64,000 bases of DNA, taken from positions 1,674,001 to 1,738,000 of the forward strand of contig NC_081333.1 in the NCBI RefSeq assembly GCF_022539665.2, in the 5' to 3' direction. Below the pieces are notes generated by a model. It was not told where the DNA came from and searched no databases. It saw only the letters and a program-made list of their open reading frames with translations. Positions within the stretch are counted from its first letter, which is position 1; each line of letters begins with the position of its first letter. Of this stretch, positions 27,169-42,777 are shown one piece after another. This DNA comes from Daphnia carinata. Lineage: Eukaryota. The position numbers and the translations under genes were made by a program.

Positions 27169-28100
27169 GGCTGTCACGTCAATGCCACCGATTTTCAATT
27201 CTTCCAAACGTTTCAGGGCCGTGCCACTCAATTCCAACGTTCCAGACTATAATTTAAAATAAATAAATAATTTGAAATTAAATCATTGCAATACGCTGGA
27301 AGCAAGTGTTACGACTAAAAACATTTCTATTCATTTTCTTCCTCCTTTCTCTTTTTTTTTTTTCGTGTTTCCTACCGACGCGTATCGATCCAAACTGGAT
27401 AAAAACTGTAAGCCTCTTAATACGGTTATCGACTATCCGGAAAAGTACGACACATAAAGAAAATAAAGAGAAAAAACCGGCATGGCCACAACTCAATTGA
27501 AGCGCATCGCAAACAGAAAAGAACGAAAAGTTCTAGAAATAATAAAAAAAAAAAGGCCGACAAAAAAAAAAAAAATAAATAATTCTAACGGGGCGGTGCT
27601 TATCCTGAGCCAGACCTGATAAGAGTTGGTGCCCCCTAAGGCTATCAGATTGTTGTTATTGTCGAGTAGCTTTGCCATCACACACGTACACAACGACCAA
27701 TTGGGGGAAAACCAGTTTTACATGTTTGCTTTTATTATTTAAAATATTTCATTTAAGACACATGGACCGAACGATCCTTCACCATGAAAAAACCTGAAAC
27801 TCAAAGCGTTTTGATTGACCAAGTCGGCTTGACATTGACTTTGCGAAACGACGCCATTGGTCATCTTTGTGGCCGCGCATGCCCATCTCCGCCCTTGTGT
27901 GCATTGCATCCCGAACGCAAAAGACGCATAACCATCCGAAACAGAGTTCGCACACGAGACATTTAGAAAGGATGACCTTGTTTTCAAACATCCACTCTCA
28001 CTCTCTAACCGAAAGGACTACGTAAATAAAAAAAAAACGCTTTCGCTCTCGACCTGAATAATACAACATTGCCAAATATGATGCAAAAGAGGAAGACTTA

Positions 28101-28530
28101 CCGAAATTGGCAACAAAAATAGTTGGGAATGACAGGACAACGAGCTCGACACTACTAACACTTCACTTTTTTTTGTTTCCTTTTCTTTTTTAAGGATTCG
28201 AAGAAGTCGCGAAGATCCTTTTTCCACCGAGTATTGACCGACAAACAAAAAAAAAATGCGTGAATCTTTTTTTTCGCGAAACGTGTGCCAGATAAATTTT
28301 GCGAAAAAAAGAAAAGTCAACCAACGGTTTTCTTTTTTGTTTTTTAATTAACGACAACGAAGATAACAAGGACAAAAAAAAATGGTTTGGTTGGCTTCCC
28401 CTATCCCTTCTCTCAACACTTGGTGGGAATACGCACACACCGGAGAGTTAGGCGACTGGCGAGCGACTGACGATTGAAGCGGACGGCTATCTAGACCCAA
28501 CCCGTACCAGAACGATAGACCCGCCCACTC
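28101..28530 (-). promoter_or_regulatory. Candidate TENT5 promoter and non-coding first exon
   Basis: Minus-strand Inr-like TCAGT at ~28465-28469, GC box (cccgccc ~28520) upstream, GTAAG donor at 28100 that could splice to the acceptor at ~27248. Confidence 0.4.
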
Positions 28531-31500
28531 ACCCCCCGGGCAATAAAGAGGGAGACACGTCCAGGCATGAGTTTACATGCGAAGGTGCGGGGTGGTGCTG
28601 AGAGGGGGGACAACATGGCTGTTTTGCTAAGCTGCCACCAGAGCGCGCAGAATACTATTATCTCCACCGTATCTTACGAATGAAAAAAATAAATAAAAGA
28701 CTTTACTGTACACGTAATCAAAGCCCCCCCCTTCGAAATTTTCAACTTAACATTATTTAAAGGTAAGACAGTATCCACGTTGATAGGCATATGTTATTCA
28801 ATGATGTGAAAAACAAAAACAAAAAAGGGAATCGAACGTCCTTGCCTTGTTTTCATCCATGTGAGGACAATTTTCATTTGGCCGCGATTCGTTCGACTGC
28901 ATACCGGAGTTGCCCCGATATTATTTACTTTAGTAACGTATTGCTCGGGTACGTAGCGAATCTCGTTATAACTTTTTGAATGCAAGCCCAGTGACTTTGA
29001 CCTAATTTTGTTTTTTTTAAAGAGGAGGTGGGATTTCGGTAGTCATTTGCAACGGACAAAAGAGCCAAAAAAAACAAAATTCTTTTAATGTCTTAACATC
29101 TTCACAAACTCACGACTGCTTGTTTCAAATGGATTGGTAGCCTACTTGGAATCGTTCATCACAACCTTGGAAACAAAGAGGACCACGCCTCATGTTTTCA
29201 GTCAAACAAGATTGGTACACTTCGACCAGTAAAATTTAAAAAACAAAATGTCCAACTTCAAAAAAAAAATCCATGTGCCCTAAGGGCCCGTGTTTTAAAC
29301 GAGAAAAAAAAAGGACCTTCAACCACTTTCCCTTTTCTTACTAACCTTCCCCCCCCCCCCCACTCACTCCCCTGGCCGGTTGGAACTAATCGGAAAAGCC
29401 AATCCACTGTTGCGTTCTACTCTAGTTTGATTGATTCCAAGAGCGCATTTTAAATGTCGCGAAACAAATCACTATTGAGAAACCTCCCGTGTGCTATTAT
29501 AAAATTTCGCCCTTTTTCTAAACAAACCCTGGTGAAATCTTCGGACAAGCGCAAACATTTCGTTGCCATGCCAAAATAAACGCAAGTGACATTACAACCA
29601 AAATCGACAATCACAAATGATATAAAGAGCACGACTCCACCCTAAAATGTCCTTGGCAAAGTCAAAAACGGGATTTCAAAAAGAAAAGAAAAAAATTTAA
29701 TTATCACACACGACCTATCCCCTCCCTGAGGCAATTTTGATTTAATCCACACACACACGGAGACAAGACGCATACAGCAAAAATGGCAGTACTCGAAAAC
29801 GGTTTCGATATCCACTTGGAAACAAAATCGTGCCTCACACACACACATGCATTCGACCTTCGTACCCACGCAACCCGCGTGTGTGTTGTCAACCAAAACA
29901 ATAAAAAAAAAACGGACAAACACAAGTACCACCCTTCGGAAAAAAGAATAACACAAGAGGGACTTTTTGTTTCCTATGTATAACTTTGTTTTAATTATAG
30001 TAATATGAGGAAATCTGATCCAGTGAGGGTAGAATAAGAAAATTATCCCATACAGCCACAATATCCTCTGATAATTACTACAATCATTATAAACGTTGGT
30101 CTAAAAAAAAAAAAAAGATAGAAGTACCGAAAATAAAGATGGCGACGGGGGAAAACCCCCGGTAGATGGAACAAGTTTTGTATCCTTTTGTTCGGCGAAA
30201 AAAAAAAAATAATAATATTGTTCGCATTATTGTAAAGCTTCCGTGGCCATCACATTATGCAAATTTTTTTTGACAAAGCATATACAGTTTGGTACTGCGA
30301 AGTACGAAGCCCTATCTCACGCGTGATTTTCGAACCAGGAGATTTGAAACATTCTTGCTAGAAACCTTTGACGAAGACGGGACGGAGAGATGGCGCGTGA
30401 GGCCTACTTCACGTGGCCATTTTCTTAAGAAACAAAATTAAACAATCCTGGACAACGTGTGCGAATTTAAATGGGGGAGGGAGATAGGCAAAAACGGACA
30501 CCTGGTCAAAGCACGTGCTTTTCAATATAAGGAAATTTAAAGCAATTTGAGATGAACTGCATTTCGAGTTGCTAAGGCAACTCGAAACACACAGACATAA
30601 GGGAACCCGTTTAAAAGAAAAAATCGAACCGCTCCCGGGTTGTTTCAGATTCGTGACCGACTCGTGTTCGACCTTTTTTTTTTTTCGTTACCATCTTCAC
30701 AGTTTTTGAGAGCCCATCTACTCAACATGAAAACTCTACATGGAGGGAACGTGAGGCAGCATGTTTCGCTCATCTACGGAGCGTTGAACTCGAAAATGTT
30801 TTTTTCCCAAAAAAATAAACAAAGAGCCTCACAGCTGATTGTTAACCATGAAAACTGCAAAACAAGGTGTCACAATTCGGTTTTTGATTACTCCTACTTT
30901 GACAAGCAACAAGACAAGTTGATGAGATCTGCCAGAAATGAACGAAAATTTTCCTTCCATCGTGCAAAACAAAAACTTTGACCTCATTTTTTTTTTTTTT
31001 GTTCTATTGCAGAGTCTTCGTCTGTTCGCATTTTGTTCTTCTTCACGACTACTACCTACTACTACTACTATTTCAGTAGTGGTCTCTTCTTCAGCTGATC
31101 ACGTGACCGGCCGGCCTTGAACCGTGTTTATCCCTCCTCCCGCAAGAGTTCGGGAACCATCCAGCATCTTAACACACAGACACACACCGTTACTCCCAAA
31201 CAACCCCTCCGGTCAATAAACATTAGAACGAACAAACACCCCAGACTTTTTCTATGTCTCGTATTCAACAAATAATAATAATACTAAAAAAAAAAAGGCT
31301 AGTAGCTTTGCCTGCAAACTCTTCCGCACCGGAACGCTTAGTTTTTCTTCTACATCTCCCGTTAGATTTTTTTTTTTAATTTTAAAACCAAATGGCCGAC
31401 GTGACCGATGTCCTACTTTTATTTTTGCCGCTTTATCCAAGAATAAAAAGGAAGCTAGTTTGAACAAGATTCGAACAGACTATAGAAAAATGGCGCGCGT

Positions 31501-34500
31501 CTAGATGGTATGGGGATATGCCCACAGGCGTTATAGGGCCATTGACTGAGGAATGAAGCAAAGTCAATTTCGCGTGTGCTAATAAACGGCACGGCCATTG
31601 TGTGATATAAGAGTGCAATGCGGCGAAAATATCAAACTACATTTGGAAACAAAGAAAAAAAAATGGTCGTCCCCTGCTTTTTACGTCATCCGCCCACGCA
31701 TCAACCCCCCCTCTCTTTCATACGATACACCGTATCGATCCAAACTGTGGGTAGTAGAACACGAAGCTTCTGGAACGTTCATCATCATTATACATCCCGA
31801 AAAGGTCACATCAACGTGCAGCTCTGCAGAAAAAAAAATGAATAAAGAGCAAACATGTTTCGCCTCCATTTAAGGCGAACACACACAAAAAAAAAACAAA
31901 AGACGGTGTTTTGTGAATTGAAAAAAAAAATCACGAGGCCACACTGGCACACCACCCTTAAATGGGTACAGCGGTGGCGCCCCCTAACAGGGGTGCTGGC
32001 CAAATGGCATGAAAAAGGGACAAGAATGCGAGAAACCAGAATAACCCTACGACGTCACAGTTGGTAACGGGCCAGCAGAAAATATAGACTGCACGGTGAA
32101 TACACGTGCAATATTTTATGAATCCATCGGTGAAAAAAACTGTAGTCTGCCGGAACGATATCTCGAAAAAATAAAAAGAACCTGACCCCAAAAACTTGAA
32201 TCGGATAGGGTCAAAAGGCCATTTTTCCAGAGGATTCCAAAAATGAAACTTATTTTTAGATTTTTCTTTTTACACATAATCGTAAAAAAGAAAGGCTTAA
32301 ATTATTTTTTGTTTGCATTACCTGCATGAGAGGAAAAATCGGCCGATCCATGTTTACGTGTGTGTCGTACAAAGAGAAGAGAAATGGCGAACAAATCCCG
32401 GCTGACTGACTTGATGAAGTCACACTTTAGTCACAAGATTCACCAACGAAAATCAATAATTCACTGGAAAATCAGCAAGAAAAACAAAATAATTAAATGG
32501 TGTCTTTCTTTTTTCTACCCTTCACGCAATAGTAACATGTTTTAATTATCGAATAATCAAAAATTGAAAGGGGTGGAAAGCATGGCCTCATGGCCACGCT
32601 TACCGGGGGTATTTTTCACACACTGCTCCCCCACGACAAAGTCGTTACGCACATGATTCAACACACACACTTACACAAGACACGTACACACAGCAAAGAA
32701 AGAAATGTGTAATAATACCCGAAAAAAAAAATAATGTTCACTTACCGATAGAGTTACACACACGTTCTTTGGCACAAGACACTGACACAATGGCTGGTTT
32801 CCACCGTACATACACTTTTCAAGGAGATACGTCTGTGCGGGATCTCCGTGTGTGTGCGTTTTGCTCTTTTTGTCTTGTTAACGCGGTGTGTGCGTGAGTG
32901 TGTGTGTGTGCTTAGACGAAACCCGTGGAACAACTCGCACACTTGTGGCGCGTTTCATCAACCAGAGAACTCCGGCCTAAACAGAATCGAGACTAGCTCG
33001 TCTTTTCCCTCGAGCCTCCCCTTTTCCGGTCTGGGGACCGCTGCTACGCTTCTGCCCTCTGCCAAAAATCTGAAACCAATCCGCGGATTTTACCGTCTGG
33101 TTTTTTTCGTATTTGTTCTTTTTTTTCTTCTTCTTCTTTTTTGCTTTTAAATAGATTTTATTGCTCTCACTGTGTGTGTATTTCTTTTCTTTTTGTCCAA
33201 CATATCTTACCACTCCTTTCAGCACGAACATGCGTACGCCTCTTTCCTATGGCCACAAAAAAACTTGTTGGCGTCTGCTAGACGCCATCTTGTCCCCGCA
33301 GTTTGAAAATCTCGTGTGTAATTGTTTATTGTTCACGTCAAGTTCCGCCTTGTTTTTGTCCTATCTAACATAATCATCTTGCAAATCCATCTGTGACGTC
33401 TCGAATCGAATGAAAAAGAAAAAACCTTCAATCAAGATTGTTCGAGAAAAGGCGACATCATCAGCTGATCGAGTATGGAAACAAAGGTCAGTTTTCGATC
33501 GATTGTCGCACAGCATCAAACCAGTAAATGTTGATAAAATTAAATAAAATGGAAAGGAAAGGGGGGAACAGGATGTAAAGAGTATATCTTGTGGACAAAC
33601 TGATCGAACGTATCGTAAAGGTAAAAGTTCTACATTGCGGTGTAGATTGTAAATGCGTAAAAAACGTGGCTTAGAAGGTACGCTGTGCTGACATGATTTA
33701 TGGATGAAGGTGAAGTAAAACACGTACAACTTGTACAAGGCAACGGCCTCAAAATTCAACCGTTATACACATAGAGGAAAAACTATATTAATAAATTATT
33801 AAAGCAGCTACTGCATAATTCATGGGATGAAACGAATTTTTTGTTTAAATGTTGGTCTAGTCGTTGTATTAAAATCTTTCTATGTGTCCCCCACACACTA
33901 TCGGGAATTTCCAATTGGATTGATTTCGTTTAAAAATGGGCGAAAGTTTGCAACGTATGATGGCGTTATGTAAAGCATGAAAATTTAAGTGTTTCCGGGA
34001 AGGCTATAATTTTACACTCGAAAGGGAATTTGCTTCCAATGGTAGGATTAGCAATTGAATAATTTGATCCATTAAACAAAAACAAAGAGCTCAAACGTGG
34101 TCTTCGTATTTCAATGCACGATTGATGAACGAATTGCCAAAACTTTGTTTTGCTGGCTTATTGATTATCTTAGTTGCCTTTTTTTTTTGTTGCCCTATTG
34201 CCAGTCGGTTGAGAAAATCAAGTCTACGGGAACAAATCGATCGAGTGACGCGCCCCACTTTTTTCTTTTTCGATTGGGACGTACTTCTCACTTCCTACGC
34301 AGTTGCCCATTGACGTCACGGCGTCGTGAATGGCTCTCGTAGATACTGCTAGATGTACTGCAATTTGGATTTTCCTTTTTAAAGCGGAGGGAATAAAAAC
34401 CTGTTTTTTTTTTTTATGTTGCGTCCTCATTGTGTGCCGACGTTAAACGTAAAAATCTAAAATCTGATTACAGAAATCGACAACATCGTTGTACATATAC

Positions 34501-37500
34501 GCTGGCACTGCAAACCGATAATCAACAATCGTAAGCCCGTGAGTTCAGCACAATATTGCACACAAACAGGGAGGGGTTACGCATAGCAGACAAAAAATGA
34601 GTCCGGATATCGAAACCTCATTTAAAATTCATTGATTCGAAAAAGAGGCAAAAAAAAAAAAAAAATGAATGATATATAATTTTTTTTTTTTTTTTTTTGC
34701 AAGACTGCTGACTGGGACGTTTGATAGGAAATGAAAAGTAAATGGTTTTGACTGAGGTAATCGATTGAAAAAAAAAACCCTGGTTACGTCACGACATCCG
34801 TAGAATGTATCCGTCACCTTGTGAAGTTACAAAGAACTGATGGATAGCGTATCCCATCGGACCGTTATAGATACACGTATACACATAACGTGCTTTTATT
34901 ATCCAATTCTAGCTACGTTTCTTTCTTTTTTTTTTAATGCTACCTGTTGGAAATCTGTAACGTGTGACTTTATTTTCTAAGAAGAAAAAAACATTTGGAC
35001 GTGCACGCACTAGATCCAATTGATTGATGTAACGATTCAACTTCACGTATTTTTTTTTTGTGCTTGTGTTACTAGCCATTCATGAAAGTTATACGAGAAT
35101 CGTCATTCATTTCACTGGCTTTAGAATGAAATTATTTGGGCGTACTTCCCGGCAGTTGGGAAATCAAATTTAAAAAAAAAAAAATCTTTTCGATGAGGAG
35201 GGGGAAGCCGTAAGACTGTTATTGCATAGGGATACGTAGGATGTTTTTTTTTTTTCTGGAACTAGCTGTGTGGTATGCACAGGTGTTATTCGACGCCTAT
35301 TATTTTGACGAGTCGACTGAGCACGAACGCGATAAAAAAAAAACAGCGGGTTGCAGGTGCATTTGCACCTAAGCTACTAGTCGTCATTTGCATTGATGCT
35401 TTTGCACTTGTTCAAATGCGGAAAAAAAAGGTAAACAAAAAAAATTGAGAAAAAACTTGCTACCCGTTTCACGGATATGCTTCCCGCTGCGGTGTTCCGC
35501 CACTTGTTTGTTATTTTCAAATAGGAAAAAATGCGAATATGATAACATCTCTATGTATGTCTCTTTTTTTTTTTTTACTGGGACGTTCAACTCCTACCGT
35601 CTATGGGGGCTTCCGGATTCAAATTTATTTGTTTCCGTTCAAGTTCACAATTATTAAGTGATATTTGAATAACAGAACATGTTCATTTTTCATTGGCTGT
35701 ACCGCGTGTATTATAAAAAGCGGTTTTGCACACACATCTGTGTGTGCAAGATTGGCGACCTTACATTTGTTGTTACATTTCTGCGTCGCAGTTATTTGAC
35801 GTCACGTACAAACGTCTGGTGTTGCAGCTCCCGGCAAATCAATATTTCCCCCCCAACAGACCCCTGGAGCAGAACCACCCCCCTTCGTGAGTGCATCTAC
35901 GTGTGCGTTGTGACGTCTTTCCGTAAGGCTGAACACTTGTCAAAAAAACGTTCCCCCTTTTTTTTATTTACATTGGATTATACATGCTGGACTGTCTTTA
36001 TACATGTCCATATAATGTGATAAGCATTGAATGTGAACTCCATAACTACCCTTTCATTTTTACGTCCTCGTTTGCGAACATCTCATTTTGATACTTGCGC
36101 AAGATCTCTATCAAAGTTGCCATGTTCTAGAAAACACCCGCATTTACGCATCCCTCTAAGTTTGAACATAAAATAAAGGAAAATACAATTTTTTTTTATT
36201 ATTATTAAATGGGAAGCTTAAAAAAAAAAGCGAAATCACGATTTCGTGAATCCCCGTGTAGTTGGCGGTAGTAGAAGATTATCATTGGCGGTGAATCGTC
36301 ACGCTCTCGAAAGCGTTCCGCCATCCGGAATGACAAAAAAATGTCCTTTCGGCAACTAAAAAAGACGCTGCTGCCAACTAGTGAACGTTTTTTACTTAAC
36401 CAATTGTCGTTGTATGGTAATATTTAAATATGGTATTCGATTGAACAACACGTTGTCAATTGAAACGCATTTTTCGCAATTTTGAAATTCGAGTAGTCAC
36501 ACGCTGATTATCTGATAGAAATTAGTTATTTTTTTAAAGGGGCGATATACTTCTCTACACAAGTACTTTTTGCAATTGGAAGATAGTGTTTCCCCCCCCC
36601 CCCTTCGTGAAGGTCGTGAAAAGAAACAGGGATATCTATAACACACATATGCAACAAAAAACAAAATAAAAACGTCCTTCAATGTCTACTGCACGCGAAA
36701 ATGTTGCGTACATTTTCAGGCTTCGGCTTCGAGATATTATTATTCACCATTTTTTTTTTGTCACGGTGTGTGTGTAACACGCAGACTTGTAGAGGGTGCT
36801 GTGACGTGTGCACAAGAGAGAGAGTTGGCAGATCATTGAATGAACGAGAGAAAAGAAAGACAGTTCCGGCATTTCGAATAAATATTGTATATACACAATA
36901 GTTTCGATTTTTTTGCTGCTGCCCCTTTTTTTCTTTCCTCCCGTAACAAAGAGGGAAGTGAACGATGACAGGGTAACCGAGTCAGACCGGCGAATGCACG
37001 AAAGAAAAAGAGCGAAAGTGACTCTCTACTTTTTCCCCCTTTCAAAAAAAAAAAAAAAGCCATTGGGAAGTAAGTCACATGAACCAAGTCTGTCGATGAT
37101 AGGCTCTTTCGCATTTCCTTATTTAGTTCAGTTGCCTAAAGTGAAAATCTGTTTCCCCCTTTTTTCTTTTGCAAGCGTTCAAGCTCGTTGTTTGAAAAGT
37201 ATTATTTCAAATCGTAATTTGTTTGTTCCCTCCCCCGTTCGAGAAAGATTTGATTGAATCATCATGTGCCATTTTCTAATCACGATCGTTTTGGTTATAC
37301 TGATGAAATAAATAGATAAAAAAAATGTTTGCGATTGAAGTCGTGTAAATCGTATCTCTTGCGTCAATCGGCTTTGTAAGTGCAAACAATAGGTCTCCTC
37401 ACGGATCTGCTTTTAAAGCTTCTCCCCAACACTCAGATCGGTTCCACCCAAACATATACCGTAATCAGCCGTTTTGTATTCGACATATACTGTGTGTATC

Positions 37501-37756
37501 ATTGTTGTAAGTAGATTCGAGTTGCTTAGTCGAGATAAGGTCGCGCCGACTGCCATGCAAATAGACGCAATCGCACCCTTGGGTTTGGGGTATTATGTAT
37601 GCCAGTTTAGACACGTAGACATTTGACCTCAAGGAACAAATGAACGTAAACAACGAGTTTTACTTTCACATATACTTATGTAATGTACAGCATAGTCTCC
37701 TTGATCTTTTTCTTTTTAATTAAGCACTTTAATATGTCTCAATAGATTTTTTGCTT

Positions 37757-39784
37757 TTAATAGTTCACTAGTTTCTTGACAGCTTCGAAGCAGCGCCATT
37801 TGTCGGGCATGTAGAACGGCTCAAACATGTGCGGGAATGGCGTATCGAATCCCGTCACGCGTTCGATGGGTGCTTCCAAATTCAGGAAGCAATCGTGCTG
37901 CAATTTTATAAGGGGAAAACCATTGATTACAGATTGTTGAGCTTTTTTCTTATAGTTAAACAATGCAGCCATTTACCTGAATGCTTGCAGCGATTTCGGC
38001 CCCGAACCCAGACGTCAACGGCGCTTCATGGGCAATCAGCAACCGACCCGTTTTCTTCACCGACTTGGGATATTTAGAAAGTGAGATGAATAAATAAGAA
38101 AAATTGTAAACGGTGAGTAAACAAAATCCACAACAGGTAAGTCTAAAAAAAGGGAAAACAACAACTACAAATTATTTAATGATGGAAAAACAAAACGCCA
38201 AGTCAACTGATTTCACTTCCGTGTCAAGCTTGAACGGCAATTTAAAGAGCCTCTTTCAGTTTCGAGCTCGTCGAACCGCAAGTAGAAATCAGAAATTTGT
38301 GTTCAAGAAACCGTAAAGAGAGAGAGAAGAAAAAGGGCGATAAAAAGTTGGCGAAAAGAATAGAACGGTCATTCAGCGAAATGTCAAAACAAGTTTCACC
38401 AAGACCATACCACCAAAGAGTTTCATATTGCCAATGTTTCCCATTTTAAGAATTTCTTTTCGAGTAGCAAAAAAATGAGAGAAAGGGCATAGTGTTCGGG
38501 TTACCGACCTGAGCGATGGTCTCCTTGTCCCATGGAAGAATGGTAACTAGATCAATCAGTTCACAAGAAACGTTCAGCTGATCCTTGGCCAGCTGGCACA
38601 CCTCGCGCAGAACATGAACCTGGGTACCCCAGCCAACCAGAGTGATGTCATCTCCTGTGGGAAGACGAATTCGTCTGCTATGTAGTCAACAGATATGCGA
38701 TTCCCACAGGGTGTTTTATCAATCGGCAAAAATCAATAATCGAAATGTGTTTACATCAGATTTTGAGATTACATAAAGTCACACGATGATTATAATGTGG
38801 CCATACCTTCGACTAGAATATCAGCTTTTGACAGCGGCATAGTGTACTCTTTGACTGGAACCTGCTCGACGGCACTCCGGTATAGAATCTTGGGTTCCAG
38901 GAATATGCATGGGTTCTTGTCACGAATGCAGGAAAGCAGCAAACCCTTGGCCTTGATGGGCCCTCGGGGTACCACAATCTTTAAGATAACGATGAAACCA
39001 CATTAACACGATGCCACATATGAAGCACGAAAAAATCCACGTTCACCTTGAGTCCAGGGCAGTGGGCAAAGTATGCTTCAGGGCTTTGGGAGTGGTACAG
39101 AGCTCCATGTCCAACTGCAGAGCAGGGAGCACGAATGGTAAGAGAACCACAGTCATAGAGACCTCCACTTCTGTACCGGTACTTTGCAGCTTCATTGCAA
39201 ATCTGGAATATTCCCAGAATGACTTGAATTACAATTGTTTCACTAAACAGCGCTCCGATTTACAGACCTGATCAAATGCTGGAAGGATGTAATCTGCAAA
39301 CTGGATCTCTGCAATAGCTGTAGCTCCTGCAGTGGCAGCCCCTATACCAAATCCAGCAATTCCTTGTTCACACAAGGGAGTATTAAAAACTCTGGACTTG
39401 CCATGCTTCTCTTGAAGACCAACAGTGCATCGAAATACTCCACCAAATGCAACATCCTCACCAAATATAACTGCATGTAAAAAATTTTTGTTAATACGTC
39501 CATTGCAACATGAACATCAATGTGTTTACTAGCTGTAGGATCTGAGGAGAGAGCTAAATCGAGGGAGTTATTGATAGCCTGGAACAAGTTCATACGCTGT
39601 GTTTCGCCTGCATGGAACGGGAAATCAATATTAGTTCTCTGAACTCAATAAACATATTGACATGGGAACCTTCGGAAGCGGAAACGGTATCTGGAACAAA
39701 TGTGAAATGAGATAACCGCTGAGATATTCTCAATGGACATTTATTGAGAAGGAGATTCCGAGTAAGAAAATTACGGAGAGCCAT
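37757..39784 (-). CDS. BCKDHB: Branched-chain alpha-keto acid dehydrogenase E1 beta subunit, multi-exon
   Basis: [130 protein letters not shown]; mitochondrial-type presequence. Confidence 0.95.
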
Positions 39785-40533
39785 GTTTACACTTTATCGT
39801 TTTACGTTGAATTTCGTCTGATTTTCTTTTCGATTAAATTCTTTCTAGAGCTGCCATCTTCTGTTGAAAATCAAACTTCCTTCTTTGCGAAAGGGGTTAG
39901 CTCTAGCGGTTGCTGCACGCAGCATTTCTTTCATTTACGCGCCGGTCATCACGAAAAAGCACTTATCGCTCTGCTTGACCCGGATGGGATATCAGATAGA
40001 CGCAGACAAATGACGCTGTTTAAACGATTTTCTGCTCCATAAAAGCAAAAAACAACTTACTGTTAAACTAAAAATTTCCCATGCCACTTCGCAAACGGGT
40101 AAGAAACAACTTAACGGATGAAACTTGCTTTTAAAAGTTGGTAGTAGAATTATTCAAAATCCAAGTATTCTATTTGCAGTTTGACCTCAATGGAACTCGT
40201 TGACACTTGCTCGCCCTATGTGATAGGGTATCGTGCCATGATCACAACATCAACAATCAAACACACGATAGTCGTGAATACTGTATGCAGTCGTCCACTC
40301 AAACATAGTCAAGTCTGTTGCGTCGATCGTGATCTTCAAATAACAGCCAGATATCATCTCATCAAGCATTTATTTCGCAAAATGGCGCCATTTTCCAACT
40401 AAGCTGTCATCTAAAAAAGGCCTAACCAACAACAGACAACAATAAACCGACTGAAAATTGCGTTCAGATTCCCTCAAAGTGCGTAACAAGCCCTGGAACG
40501 AGTGTGAACATTGAAATTCGGACGTTGCAAAAC

Positions 40534-42777
40534 ATGGAAACGAAAGCTACGGAAGTCCCAATCAGCGATGCTGATCATTTGAAGAAAAACGGAAACGAGA
40601 TTCACGTTTTTCATATTTGCACAAATGCAACTGTGCCGGAAGTGGAATCCAAAAACGCCACGGTGGAACAGCAAACGCTGACACCCACAAAAGTGTACGG
40701 TCGACGATGGCTGATGCTCCTGATTTTTGTCCTTGTATCAATGATGAACGCCTTCCAATGGATACAATTTTCCATCATCACCAGTTTACTGATCAAGTAA
40801 TTAACAATTCCAATGTTGATTTATGTAGCACGTGTTCCCGTACAGATAATTAAGAGCCATTTATAATTGGCAGATATTACGGCGTAGACAGTCAGACGGT
40901 CAACTGGACGTCGTTGGTTTACATGGTCGTTTACGTTCCACTAATCTTCCCAGGTGCTTGGGTCATGGACAAAATGGTCAGTCTAGACTTTAAATTGAAA
41001 GAATCTCATCGTACACTGATAACGCGCCCTTGATGAAAAAAGAAATGAAATAGCTCATTGAAGTTTATCTTGCCAGGGATTAAGAGTGACGTTATTGATT
41101 GGCAGTTTTGGAACGGCAGCCGGTGCATGGATTAAAGTATTTTCCGTTGCACCTGATCGGTTTTACGTTGCCCTTATAGGTCAAACGATAGCAGCCATTT
41201 CTCAAGTGTTTATTTTGAGTGTTCCACCAAACATAGCTGCAACATGGTTTGGCTCCAATCAAGTTTCATCGGCCTGTTCCATCGGCGTATTCGGCAACCA
41301 GGTAAAAATGTGATTGATAACCATCCACAGAAGCCCCATGATAATTAATTCCCGGCTAAAATTTCCTACAACTTTATGGAAATGTAGCTGAAAGCATTTG
41401 CCTGTTGATCTTTCATATGAAACAATAATAAAGTGTTTTATTGATGATGGGCCACACAAAGGAGCTGAAAAATTGCAATAGGATTTGTCTGCCCTTAAGA
41501 GGAAACATCGTAAATCGTACTTTATATGTCTTCACAAAAAATAGTTAGGTGTGGCTCTTGGTTTTCTGTTACCACCCGTTTTGGTGAAGGACGGCACTGT
41601 CGAAGAAATTGGCGCCGGCCTAAGTCTCATGTTTTACATCGTAGCCGGAATTTGCACAGTTTTGCTCATTGCCGTCATCGTAGGTAAGAAAGGGAACGAA
41701 CAAAAACTGAATTGCTCATAATTCATTTCCATTTCATTCGCTTGGCAGGTTTTCAAGCCAAACCGCCTATGCCTCCGAGCGTGGCTCGTTACTCCAACTC
41801 GACAGAATCCACGAATTATTCGCAGTCGATCAAGCGGATTCTATTGAACAGAGACTACGTCGTTCTGCTGGTCACTTATGGCATTAACGTTGGCGTTTTT
41901 TATGCCATGTCAACCCTTCTGAATCAAACAGTTCTGCTGCACTTTCCTGTAATTAATCACATTAAGGGGGGAGATCTTAATTTGCATATGACGAGAAATA
42001 ATGATGACGTCCAATTAAAACACGAAACAATTAGGGCCAAGAAGAAAGTGCGGGTCAAATTGGATTGACAATCGTCGTTTGCGGAATGGCTGGCTCCGTG
42101 CTGGGAGGAATTATTCTCGATCGGACGCATAAATTTAAGTAAGGTTTTTTTTTATTTTTTCTTTCATTTTATTTCATGCAATGAACGATGATTGATGACC
42201 AAATTGACATTGAATCGTTTCACAGAGAAACCACTCTAGCGGTGTATGGATTGGCCGTGGTGGGAATGGTGGCCTATACTTTCAGGTTGTATATTTTAAT
42301 TTAATTGTAATGCTAATCACATTTCGTTCTGAACGAGCTTTTATTTTTCAGCTTTAATGTCGAGCTTATCGCTGTCACATTCGTCACGGCTGGAGCCGTT
42401 GGGTATGTTACCTGATTATGCTGCCTGTCCTTTTGTGTGTGTTGTGACGTCACGCACAATTGAAATGAAAAAACGGTTATAGATGTATTGTTTGAAAAAT
42501 GAATAGGTTTTTCATGACGGGATACTTACCAGTGGGATTTGAATTTGCGGCCGAGTTGACCTATCCAGAACCGGAAGGAACTTCATCCGGACTGCTGAAT
42601 GCGTCCGCTCAGATTTTCGGTGTCGTGTTCACTATTTTAGGCGGCTGGTTGCTGGCAGATTACGGTGACCTCGTCTGCAATGGTACGTTGACGTTAGCTT
42701 TGCTCATCGGAGCCATTGTGACGGTGTTCATCCGTCCGAAACTCAGACGTCAGAAAGCCGTTAATAGTTTCCAATAA
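40534..42777 (+). CDS. FLVCR: FLVCR-family MFS transporter (choline/ethanolamine/heme-related), copy 1
   Basis: [92 protein letters not shown]. Confidence 0.9.

Noticed and set aside
14300..37700. Numerous 60-155 aa ORFs rich in K/F
   Set aside because: Products of A/T homopolymers and TG/AG microsatellites; no coding signal.
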